Source: Nemertoderma westbladi (lineage: Eukaryota; Animalia; Xenacoelomorpha). Taken from it: 35,117 nt of DNA. The DNA is taken from positions 1 through 35,117 of the forward strand of contig JAUCBJ010005856.1 in the NCBI GenBank assembly GCA_032718475.1, read 5' to 3'. Positions 1 to 10,140 of the stretch are shown here, piece after piece. Every line of letters starts with the position of its first letter. Positions within the stretch are counted from its first letter, which is position 1. The position numbers were made by a program, and so were the translations under genes. The notes under the pieces are model-generated. The model did not search any database and was not told the origin of the DNA. It was given only the letters and a program-made list of their open reading frames with translations.

Positions 1-298
1 GGCACTGAATCAACAAGCACATACACATACTGACAGAAGCACTCAATGCTGCAATGTAACAATGCTGCAATGTACAGAAGTAGGTACGTACTAAAAGGTA
101 GAACGATCTATAACGGGCTATAACGATCTATAACTATCTATAAGGGCAGAACGGGCTATAATTTTCTATAAACAAGCTATAACCACCTATAATGAGCTAT
201 AATATGAAAATTTACAATAAAAAAACATATTTTAGCATGGATTTATTTTCCTAGTCAGTAATTTAATTAAGCAATTTGGTTTATTCATTAGTCAGGTA

Positions 299-322
299 CC
301 CCCCCCCCCCCCCCCCCCCCCC
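299..322 (+). repeat. Poly-C homopolymer (24 nt)
   Basis: Direct reading of the C run. Confidence 0.95.
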
Positions 323-711
323 ACCCCCAGTGCTGTAGTACAGGTAATTGAAATAAACACCATTCCTACAATTCTAGTTGTTTTCACTAATTTGAAAAAT
401 ACTTGTTACTTGCACTTTTCATTTTAGCACCAAAAATGGTAGATACACGTGTTCAATTGCGGAATGTAAAAAGCCTTCCATTAAACAGTTAAAATCAGCG
501 TACAAGAAAACCTGCCTGAAATCGATATCAATACCTAACTCTAACTAATACATTGATTGAATACTTTGACATATTCTGATATTGATTGATCTAATACTTT
601 GAAATTCAGATTTATGTGAAAATCGATAATGTCACAACCGTTACGAAACTATGTCACGACCGTTACGCTGGCTAATTGATTGCCACATTCTCTACTGCTG
701 TAATACAGTAA

Positions 712-1730
712 TACTACTACTACTATGATCGGCATGCTGCATTGCAACTGCATTTTTAAGAATGCTGTGCCGGCTTGTCGACAAATTGCGCCGCCACAAC
801 TCCCTATCACCCATGACATTTGCTAGATCATCCGCATCTTCAAGGCCAGTGTCCTTTAAGATGCGTCTCAATAAAGTCATGGGCTGTCCACCAGGCTTAT
901 TCACTCCATGAGGCTGCCAAAGTACAAGATTATGCACTGGCAGACTGGCTGGTCCTCACGGCGAAAGCAATGTCCTGCAAAGCGGAGGCGATTTTGTTCT
1001 AGTGTCAAGCTTAGGGGAACCAATGAGACACCTCCAATGTTATATAGTGTCTGGTTGGAGATGTGTGCATTGTACTTGACACAATGAACCCGGCGTAGCA
1101 TTCTTGTGAATGTGCCATCCAGAGATTTGGTGTCCTCAGCAGTTAGAGCCCAGCATGGGCTCCCATAGAGGAGTACTGGCTGACTGGCAGACTGGACTGC
1201 TGCTCTAAATAATCGGACCTTAAGTTTCCGATTAATTCTCGGTGACTTCCAAATCCTAGAAAGCCTATTCAAGGCTGCCCATGCCTTTCCCTTACGTATT
1301 CGAAGGTCCTCACCTGACTTCCGGATCCATGATCCCAGGTAACAGAAGTCGTCCTCATGCTCAAGCATACCATCCTTTGAGCTTATGCTCATCCAGTCAT
1401 CCGATCAGAGACTTGCTAAGGACTTTCAAAGTTAACTGTCTGACTGTCAAAAAAAAGACCAACACTAGAAGCAGCATGTTCTAATGAGCTGAGGAGCCGT
1501 TGGGCTCCCTCTAGTTATTCTGAGAGTACTCCTAAGTTATCAGCAAAGTCTAGATCAGTTAGGTACTTGGCAGGATTTCCTCGACTTTTGGAGCCAGTAG
1601 GTCAGTAGGTGGAGTTATCATCACCCCATCATCATTATGATGATCTAAGGACATGCAGACATGCGTAGAACATAGTCAACCACAATTATGAACAAGAATG
1701 GTGCAAGTGTGTCTCCCTGGAGGATGCCCC
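712..1730 (-). mobile_element. 5'-truncated non-LTR retrotransposon (RTE-like LINE), copy 1, frameshifted
   Basis: Minus-strand translation gives RT motifs GILQGDTLAPFLFIIVVDYVLR (~1660-1730), YLTDLDFAD and FCYLGS, plus the RTE-type C-terminus (KAWAALNRLSRIWKS..LKVRLF..PVLLYGS..W, RLRFAGHCFR). Ends in a (TAG)n tail at ~712-724. Confidence 0.9.
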
Positions 1731-1880
1731 ATAACGATCTATAACGGGCTATAACTTCCTATAACAAGCTAACCACCTATCTGCCTATAACGAGCTATAA
1801 TAGGAAAATTTACAATAAAAAAACATATTTTAGAATGGATTTATTTTCCTAGTCAGTAATTTAATTACGCAATTTGGTTT
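1731..1880 (+). repeat. Internal second copy of the left TIR/subterminal region of the MULE-like element
   Basis: ATAACGATCTATAACGGGCTATAAC...GAAAATTTACAATAAAAAAACATATTTTAG.ATGGATTTATTTTCCTAGTCAGTAATTTAATTA.GCAATTTGGTTT is a direct repeat of ~120-282 and starts exactly at the LINE 5' truncation. Confidence 0.9.
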
Positions 1881-2536
1881 TTTAGTCCATAATGCTTTTC
1901 ATCTTTTGTGGTATCACGAAATCAGTCATTACTGCATTAGTCAGCATGCCACTATACTGCATTATCTGACTATCAGACAGTGCAGCAGTGGAGAGGTCTC
2001 CCATCTCCCTGTCTATCCTCCATCCTGCTATCCGCTGTCAGCTTCTGGTCGATATAGAATACAAGAATATAGTGAGCAATAATAAAATAGGCCAATAAAA
2101 AAACTTATCAGTATCAATTAGGCATAGGCAGATAGGCCTACCTTAATTTTTAACCTGCGATATTTTTCAGACCATACCGTCTGACCGTGTTAATCCAAAA
2201 GTTAAACACACCCAAAGGGCGTTTTTCTAATGTAAATTTTCATATTATAGCTCGTTATAGGTGGTTATAGCTTGTTTATAGGAAGTTATAGCCCGTTATA
2301 GATCGATATAGATCGTTATAGCCCGTTATAGATCGTTCTACCTTTTAGTTCGTACCACAGATGTAACATACTGACATAGTAGTTTACATTTAAATATTAG
2401 CGGTCTGCCAGCAAGCCGGTGGCTCTATGCCTCTACAGCTCTATGTAAACGTACTGATGTATTCTAACTAACCAACTTAAGTTAACTTAACTGCTGTACC
2501 GGTACTGTACTTAACTTGTACAGTTGTACTTAAGCC

Positions 2537-2965
2537 AGGCTGGAAAATGTTTGCAAAAATTAAAACGCGTTGTGCGCGGTAAAATAATTTGTGCACGTGC
2601 GCGGAAAAGGCCAAAAACGTGCGCCGTGCATCCACAAAGCAGGCCACTTGTGCGCGCTTGCGCGTTCTTGCGCACCAAAAATTACCTGTTTTTTAAACAT
2701 ATGTAAGTACGGAAATTTTAATTGACCATTTAATATAAAACAATAAAATTTAAAGTCATTAAATCTGTAAATTGCAAATCTAGAGTACGGGAGTACGCAT
2801 ATTGAAAGTACCCAACCCCCTTAACTGCTTAATGAGGCGGGTCTTTACAGTTTGTCGTCGTATGCATTCGTGGCTGGTTAATTCAACTATTTCGTTTTAA
2901 CTACTCGGTTTCCGTACTTACATATGTTTCAGTGTTTCAAGCATATGTTTAGAAAAACAGGTAAT
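2537..2965. mobile_element. Probable degenerate foldback/MITE remnant
   Basis: ATTACCTGTTTTTTAAACATATGTAAGTACGGAAA (~2682-2715) is inverted at ~2909-2965 (TTTCCGTACTTACATATGTTT...AGAAAAACAGGTAAT). It is preceded by a TGCGC-rich tract starting CAGGCTGGAAA. The outer right end is not seen. Confidence 0.45.
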
Positions 2966-4290
2966 GTTTTAGTTCAAAATTTATTAGTTTTTTTTATCAT
3001 AAAACTATTACTTGGCGATGTAAAACATAATACATGTACATGTAGTCCTGTCCTACTGTAAGTAATTTAACACAACTTTTGATGAACAACAAAAGTATTT
3101 ATTTGTTGAATGGCAATAAAAACGGCAATAGTAGCGTATATACTGTGGAGTGAGCAATGAATAAAACCAACATAAATACAAATAAAAAAATAATAAAAAT
3201 TAAAATAATATATTCTAAACATATTGCGTCAGTAGTACAGTACAGCAGTAGGCCTACTGTATATTAATTTTGAAGCAAATTTTGATATTATTTTTTGTGT
3301 AAAATAGATTAAAACGTCAATACTACATGAGTACATGTAGAGTAAGCAAGTAATAAACCCAACATCATACTGGATATTTACAATATAATAAGATTACAAA
3401 TTAAAAAAGAAATTTAAAAATTAACAAGTTTATTGCGATAGTATAAAATAGGCTAAAAATTATATGAACGTAATTGTTACAGTAGATTAAAACATCATTA
3501 CATTCGATAATAGTAAGAGATATATAGTGGAAGCAATAAAAACCAACATACAGTATAATATTTACTAATTCACGAAACTTAATTACACTAGTATAAAATA
3601 ATGCAAAGTAATTCTAAAAAGGTTGAGACAATTAATATAGAAAATAAAATATTAAATAACATTAAACAATTATTATCATTAACAAAACATTAAATAAACT
3701 ATCTGCTATGAAACATTCAAATATTGATGTGTGGAGAGAGAGTTGGTGAAATAAAATATGGCATTGATTAAATAAAATATAATACAGTAAATTTAAGGGC
3801 CATGTCTATGAATATGAAACAATAAATAAATAGTGATGTATGATATCTATAGTGTTACATCTGCATCACGATCTACCTACCCGCGGCGCCGCGGCCACAC
3901 ATTTATGTAATCGTGTTGTGAAAGCATGGAATTATATTCCATTAGATATAATAACAATTTATCGTTTTAATAGATATCTTAGATTTGGTGGTTTTCCGTA
4001 ACTACAGACTAGACTACATTTCAGCATGTAAAGTATTTTATTTTTTTTATTTATGTAACGGTACTTATTACTGATCATACGCACAGGGCACAGACCTACT
4101 TACTTACCTTGATCCATAGTATAAGTCGCCCGCACAGCCTATCGCTTACTCCTGTGATGTTTCCAGACTCCTAATCAGCTAATAATATATATATATATAT
4201 CCCTGGGGCCGGGGTATACCATGTATACAGATATAATTATGTAAATTAAATGAATTACCGTTGGCTTTAGGCCCTGCTGCACTACTAGTT

Positions 4291-4325
4291 ATTATTTTTA
4301 CTGTTTTTTTCACCATTAATTACAG
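4291..4325 (+). promoter_or_regulatory. Candidate 3' splice or trans-splice acceptor upstream of the importin ATG
   Basis: T-rich tract ATTATTTTTACTGTTTTTTTCACC followed by TTACAG, 120 nt before the ATG. Confidence 0.35.
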
Positions 4326-4444
4326 AATTGTGGAGGGTTTGTTTGTATAGTAGTAAATAATCGACCATTTAATTACATAATATCAAATTAAATATATCAT
4401 TTATGACATTTAACTGATTAATAACTCAACGAAAATATATCGCA

Positions 4445-7400
4445 ATGTATGAACAGATATTGGCAGCTCTTCAGGCTACGTTAGACCCACAGCAAAGGGA
4501 GCAAGGGGAGGCGCTGCTGGACCAAATGCATAAAATCTCCCAGTTCGCGCCGCTGTTACTACAAATAGTAAGCAACGACACTGTCGAAGGCCCAATACGA
4601 CAAGCCGGGGTCATTTTCCTCAAGAACTTAGTTTTGGGAAGTTGGGTAGCGAAAGAAGTAAAACCCGGGGAGCCATTGGGGTTTAATATACATGAAGATG
4701 ACCGCGTCGTTATTAGGAATAATATAGTCGACGCGATTATTAATGTATCCGAGTTGCTCCGCTGTCAGCTCTGCGTCTGCGTGCAAACCATTATCAAACA
4801 CGACTTCCCCGAGCGGTGGCCTTCGTTGCCTGATAAATTACTCACATATTTACAGAACGAGGACCCAAATCAAGTCGTCGGCGCCTCCTTGGTCCTCTAC
4901 CAGATGGTTAAAACATACGAGTACAAGAAATCCGAAGAATGCAAACCGCGAGATGAAGTTGTAGGGAAGTTGATGCCACTCCTGTTGCAGCGGAGTCGAC
5001 ATCTATTGGATGACCCGTCCGAAATCGCCGCTCACATACAGAAAATCACGTTTAAAATACTTTACGCGTTCGTCCAGTACAACCTGCCGAAGGCTGTGAT
5101 GACCCACGAGGTGTTGAGTCAGTGGTTCGTCGTGTTCCAGGGCGTTCTAGAACAGCCGGTGCCGGAGGCCGGCTACACCAAGGTGGAGGAGGATGAGAGG
5201 CCCGAGCTGATCTGGTGGAAGGCCAAGAAGTGGGTGTTGCACATACTGGTGAGGGTGTTCGAGCGATACGGTAGTCCTGGGAACGTGGCCAAAGAGTACG
5301 AACCCTTCGCTAAGGAGTACATTAAACGCTACGCCGCGGGGGTCGTCTGTCTCATGCTCAAAGTTTTTGAGCGTAAGCGCAACGGCGAGTATATATCGCC
5401 GCGTGTGCTGCAACAGACTCTCAACTACCTCAACAACAGCGTCAACTACTCACAGTGCTGGAAGATACTAAAGTTTCAGTTCCAGGGTCTCATCGAGTCC
5501 GTGGTCTTCCCGATGCTGTGCCATTCGGACGAGGACGACGAGGTCTGGGCCAACGATCCTCACGAGTACATCCGCAGCAAGTACGACATCTTCGAGGAGT
5601 TTGTCTCCCACGTGTCCGCGGCCCAGATGTTCATCCACTCGGCCGTCAGTAAGCGTCGCAACGTGCTGCAGCCGCTGCTCGACATGTGCGTCGGACACCT
5701 CATGGCGGCGTCCCCGGACCCCAGACAGGTCGACGGCGCCCTCCATCTGGTCGGCGCGGTATCCGAGGTCCTAATGAAACGGAAACTCTACAAGGCGCAA
5801 CTCGAGGAGATGCTCGTCAAGCTCGTCTACCCCCGGTTCAAATCGCCGCACCCGTATCTGCGATCGCGCGCCTGTTGGGTCTTACAGAACTTCTCGGAGT
5901 TGAAGTTCGACTCGGTAGAGAACCTGGCGTTCGGTCTTCAGAGCATATGCGAGCTTCTTGTCAATAAGGAGGAGGACCTCCCGGTGCGAGTGGGCGCCGG
6001 GATCGCGTTGCAGTCGCTCATCGCCCATCAGGATCACGTGCAACGCCTCATCGGGGAGCAGAGCGCGGCGATCCCGGAGATAATGAACGCGTTGCTGGAC
6101 CTGATCCGGGACACGGAGAACGACGATCTCAACTCCGTCGTACAGAAACTCATCTGTGAGTACGGCGACCAAGTGGCCGAGCACGCGGACGATATCACCA
6201 AACACCTCGTCGAGACCTTCATCAAGGTCATAGAAGGCAACGAGTTGGGCGGCGACGACGTTGATGACAAGGCGATGACCGCCGCCGGGATATTAACCAC
6301 CATAGAAACTCTGTTGGACGTTCTGGAAGACAACGAGGAGATCATGGAGCGCTTAGAACCTTCAGTTCTCGTTATTATCAATCACGTGTTCCTTAATTCT
6401 GTTGTCGACTTCTACGAGGAGGTCCTCTCGTTGGTCTACAGTTTGACTACGACTCGGGTCTCCTCCCACTTGTGGTCTCTCTTCCTTCCCATCTGCAATC
6501 TCTTCGACTCCGACACCGATTACTTCCTCGATATAATGCCGGTGATGCACAACTACATCTCGGTGGGTCCGGAGGCCTTCCTGGCCGAGCCCGACAGACT
6601 CGAGCGAGTCATCTCGATCTGCCAACGCGTGATGGCCGAGGAAACCTCCGGGGATGACTTCCAATGCCACGCCGGTAAACTCCTCGAGGTTCTCGTCCTC
6701 CAGTTCGCCAACGCCATCAACAACGTCCTCCCGCGGCTCCTCGAGATCCCCGTGCGGAAGTTGATGACCAACGTGGACGTCAGCGAACTGCGGCAGATCT
6801 GTCTGCAGGTCGTCATTGCGGCTTTCTTCAACAACCCGCAGTTCGTTATCGGGTTGCTCGACACTATCACTCTCCCCTCCGGCAGCTCCTTCACGGAGTG
6901 TTTCATCGGACTCTGGATCGCGGACACCGACGTCTTCCTCGGGGTCCACGACAGGAAGGTGTGCATCCTCGGCCTCTGTACCCTCCTGCAGTCTGTCGTC
7001 AACGGTCTCAGTGTCAACAACGCGTTGGTCGCCAGGATCATCCCCTCCATCATCCTCCTCCTCAACGGGATCCGCGCGGCCTACGCAAAGAAAGCTGAGA
7101 ACGAGAAGGAGGAAGAGGAGGAGGTTGATGAAGAGGAGGCGGAGGAAGACACCGGCGATGATGAAGTCGCATCGGATGAGGAAGTCGTCGACGCCGATGT
7201 GCAGGAGATCGTGAACGGCGATACGAAACCGATCATCGATCTGGTTAACGGCTTATCTGATACCGAAAGCGACGACGACGACGACGATAGTTTCGACGAA
7301 ACCCAACTGGAGTCCTACACAACGCCGCTCGACAGCGAAACCTCTGCTGTAGACGAGTTTGTAACTTTTAAGGATTTATTGGAGTCGTTAAACTCATCCA

Positions 7401-7633
7401 ATCCCGACGTCTACAAACAACTGACCGGCTCACTTAATGCCGATCAACTCAAAGACATTCGCGAGTTGTTTACTCTCGCTGATCAACGTAAAGCCGCCGC
7501 GGATTCTCGCCGTATCGAGGCCGAGGGCGGCTACCAGTTCGTACAAACCGCGGTCCCCGGCCAGTTTAATTTCGTCGGTCCGATACCGAATAACTTTGAG
7601 TTCGGCAATCCTCCCACTAATAATGGTCATTAA
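4445..7633 (+). CDS. IPO7: Importin-7 (IPO7/IPO8, Moleskin family) karyopherin-beta, 1062 aa, single coding exon
   Basis: End-to-end collinear with importin-7 as I recall it: IBN_N (IRQAGVIFLKN), LYQMVKTYEYKK, ERPELIWWKAKKW, FERYGSPGNVAKEY, PRVLQQTLNY, DGALHLVG, RSRACWVL, TENDDL, CHAGKLLEV, FLGVHDRKVCILGLC, acidic loop, C-terminal LADQRKAA..GGYQF. No stops; GC-rich compared with the AT-rich flanks. Confidence 0.96.
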   Translation: MYEQILAALQATLDPQQREQGEALLDQMHKISQFAPLLLQIVSNDTVEGPIRQAGVIFLKNLVLGSWVAKEVKPGEPLGFNIHEDDRVVIRNNIVDAIINVSELLRCQLCVCVQTIIKHDFPERWPSLPDKLLTYLQNEDPNQVVGASLVLYQMVKTYEYKKSEECKPRDEVVGKLMPLLLQRSRHLLDDPSEIAAHIQKITFKILYAFVQYNLPKAVMTHEVLSQWFVVFQGVLEQPVPEAGYTKVEEDERPELIWWKAKKWVLHILVRVFERYGSPGNVAKEYEPFAKEYIKRYAAGVVCLMLKVFERKRNGEYISPRVLQQTLNYLNNSVNYSQCWKILKFQFQGLIESVVFPMLCHSDEDDEVWANDPHEYIRSKYDIFEEFVSHVSAAQMFIHSAVSKRRNVLQPLLDMCVGHLMAASPDPRQVDGALHLVGAVSEVLMKRKLYKAQLEEMLVKLVYPRFKSPHPYLRSRACWVLQNFSELKFDSVENLAFGLQSICELLVNKEEDLPVRVGAGIALQSLIAHQDHVQRLIGEQSAAIPEIMNALLDLIRDTENDDLNSVVQKLICEYGDQVAEHADDITKHLVETFIKVIEGNELGGDDVDDKAMTAAGILTTIETLLDVLEDNEEIMERLEPSVLVIINHVFLNSVVDFYEEVLSLVYSLTTTRVSSHLWSLFLPICNLFDSDTDYFLDIMPVMHNYISVGPEAFLAEPDRLERVISICQRVMAEETSGDDFQCHAGKLLEVLVLQFANAINNVLPRLLEIPVRKLMTNVDVSELRQICLQVVIAAFFNNPQFVIGLLDTITLPSGSSFTECFIGLWIADTDVFLGVHDRKVCILGLCTLLQSVVNGLSVNNALVARIIPSIILLLNGIRAAYAKKAENEKEEEEEVDEEEAEEDTGDDEVASDEEVVDADVQEIVNGDTKPIIDLVNGLSDTESDDDDDDSFDETQLESYTTPLDSETSAVDEFVTFKDLLESLNSSNPDVYKQLTGSLNADQLKDIRELFTLADQRKAAADSRRIEAEGGYQFVQTAVPGQFNFVGPIPNNFEFGNPPTNNGH

Positions 7634-8232
7634 GATTTATAATCAGGTGTTTTTCTCTATTTACATACTTCTGAGTTACTTTACCGTGTGCTGATCCGAG
7701 TTATTTGTTACACGAACGAGCGTAGTGAGTTCGTTAAATTAAAAATACGAGGATCTAAATACTGTAAGTATTTTATAACGATGAAGCATGTAGCTTTAAT
7801 CCAAGATTGTAACATAACTAAACGGGTGTCCTTTAATAACGCTTATGATACTCTCGTTGTTGAAATAATTATAAAGTTTTCAATTAAGTTTTTCTAGTTT
7901 TTTAATGTCACTAAATACTAAATAGACTATCAAATACGAAGTTTTGACATAATATCAAAAGATTCTTTCCATCCAATATAGTTATAGTCGTTTACCCGTT
8001 GAGTTGTGAAGTCTACATACCATATGTTCTCAACTAAACTGTTAATAGTAGTACTAATGAATGGCGTTTAATTATGTTTAAATTTTGGATTAAAGTATAT
8101 TATAAGTTAATTGACGGTTTACCGAGATTATTAGTGCTAATGAAGGTTTAGGTGAATGTGAACTACCGACACAAGCAATTCACATTATATTATATCAATT
8201 ACTTACCATAATATTTAATTTGTTTTTATGTG

Positions 8233-9465
8233 TACTACTACTACTACTAGGATCGGCATGCTGCATTGCAGCTGCATTTTAAGAATGCTGTGCCGGCTTG
8301 TCGACAAAATTGCGCCGCCACAACTCCCTATCACCCATGACATTTGCTAGATCATCCGTATCTTCAAGGCCAGTGTCCTTTAAGATGCATCTCAAGAAAG
8401 TCATGGGCTGTCCACCAATGAGATACCTCCAATGTTATATAGTGTCTGGTTGGAGATGTGTGCATTGTACTTGACACAATGAACCCGGCGTAGCATTCTT
8501 GTGAATGAGTAACAGAAGTCGTCGACATGCTTAATCACGCATACCATCCTTTGAGCTTATGCTCATCCGATCAGAGACTTGCTGAGGACTTTCAAAGTTA
8601 ACTGTCAAAATTTTGTTCTTTTTGGAGTTAATAAAAAGACCAACACTAGAAGCAGCATGTTCTAATGAGCTGAGGAGCCGTTGGGCTCCCTCTAGTGATT
8701 CTGAGAGTACTCCTAAGTCATCAGCAAAGTCTAGATCAGTTAGGTACTTGGAATAAGTCAACAAAGATAACATCCAGATGCCTGGCTATCTCTTTTGATA
8801 ACTCTTCAATTATCCTTCTAAGTGCCAAAACGGGCTCCATGGTCCCACGACCTTTACGGAACCCATTCTGATTTCCACGGAGCAGTCTCTCAATGGGATC
8901 CCTGATGCGATTTAATAGAATCCTATTGTATAGTTTTGCAGCAATCGAGATCAATGAGATTCCCCGAAAAGAACCATAGAGTGTTAGGTTGCCCTTCTTG
9001 GGAACTGGCACCAACTTATTTGTTTTCATTTCTTGTGGGACTCTTGTTGTTCGGTACATGTCTACTATGATGGGATAGATGAGCTTTAAACACTCAGGTA
9101 TTTTAAAGACCTCAGGGGGAACACCATCTACTCCACTGGCACGATTGGTCTTATTGCTCTTTGCAGCAGCCTTCACTTCTGCAAAGGGGATATCGCCAAT
9201 GGGAATATCTGGGAGTACAGACTCAGACACTTTTACTTCTATAAAGTTATCAGGCAATACCCTGTCATTATTGAGGAGCTTTTCAAAGTGGGCGGCCTTC
9301 CAACCATTGAGGCGATCGGCTGGTTATTCAGCCCTAACCTTGGTGGTTGGTTGGCTTTTCAGCCCAGTAGGCAAGTTGATCGATTTCCATGCCTGGGATG
9401 ATTGCCTGCTTTCGTCAGCATCATTGATGGCATCAACCTGTTGGTTTATTAGCTCCTGTAGATTA
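8233..9465 (-). mobile_element. RTE-like LINE copy 2, 5'-truncated and internally deleted
   Basis: RT N-terminal motifs (ASGVDGVPPE, LVPVPKKGNL..SFRGISLISIAAKLYNRILLNRIR, QNGFRKGRGT, IFVD) and YLTDLDFADD. The 3' UTR and (TAG)n tail at 8233-8250 are nearly identical to copy 1. Deletion junctions lie near 8416, 8508 and 8750. Confidence 0.92.
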
Positions 9466-9504
9466 GTAGTAGAGTCATGGCCGGCTCGGCGACAGATGTT
9501 AGAC

Positions 9505-9790
9505 CACACTGACTGGCGCCAGACTGTCTGTGTGACACCCAATGACACCTATGGGTGTCATTGGCGCCAGACTGTCTGGGTGACACCTCCTAATTAGGCT
9601 AATTAGACCCTAATTGACAGGTGTCATCAATTAATTAGTACAATTAAACCCTAATAGGTTTCTTACGACTCCTAATTAGGGTTTAATTGATTATCCTAAT
9701 TAATCAATGCGATACGCAATGGTGTCACTGTTGTCTAACTATCGCCTAGAGGGCCAAGAGGGTGTCATAAGTGACACCGCAGCTCTTTTA
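9505..9790. repeat. Cluster of TGACAC/GTGTCA and TAATTA motifs with direct and inverted repeats
   Basis: About 8 TGACAC/GTGTCA and at least 5 TAATTA in ~280 bp. Direct repeat TGGCGCCAGACTGTCTG.GTGACACC at ~9514 and ~9562. Hairpin CCAATGACACC-TATG-GGTGTCATTGG at 9539-9564. Confidence 0.7.
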
Positions 9791-10140
9791 TTTATTAATA
9801 CTTATTTATTTGTATTTAATTTTACTTTATTTATTTGTATTTAATTTCAATTTTTTTAATTGTATTTATTTTAGATTTACCAATAATTAGTTTTAAATAT
9901 TGGTTTCTAAATGACCTCATTGACTTTCATCTCGTTATACTTAGCCATAGGGTATACAGCTCCCTTACTGGTAACTAATTACTCTTATCTATATCCAGAC
10001 AGCTTTATCGTTGACCTTTGACCCCCAATTAGCTTTAACCAAGCAACAGCTTATTAATAATAGTTGTATCCAAGCGCCCCGCCCCCCTCTCGTGACACCT
10101 CTGATTACTAATTACTCTTACCTATATCCAGCCGTCTGCA

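Larger units (their letters stand above)
83..2356. mobile_element. Non-autonomous TIR DNA transposon, Mutator/MULE-like (long TIRs, 9-bp TSD)
   Basis: Left end GGTACGTACTAAAAGGTAGAACGATCTATAACGGGCTATA... (83-~217) is the reverse complement of ~2230-2356 (...TATAGATCGTTCTACCTTTTAGTTCGTACC). Flanks ACAGAAGTA (74-82) and ACAGATGTA (2357-2365) form a 9-bp direct repeat with 1 mismatch. Long G-starting TIRs with a 9-bp TSD are typical of MULEs. No transposase is visible. Confidence 0.75.

Noticed and set aside
4743-7694. Antisense and alternative-frame ORFs overlapping IPO7
   Set aside because: They are shadows of GC-rich codon usage with no recognisable domains.
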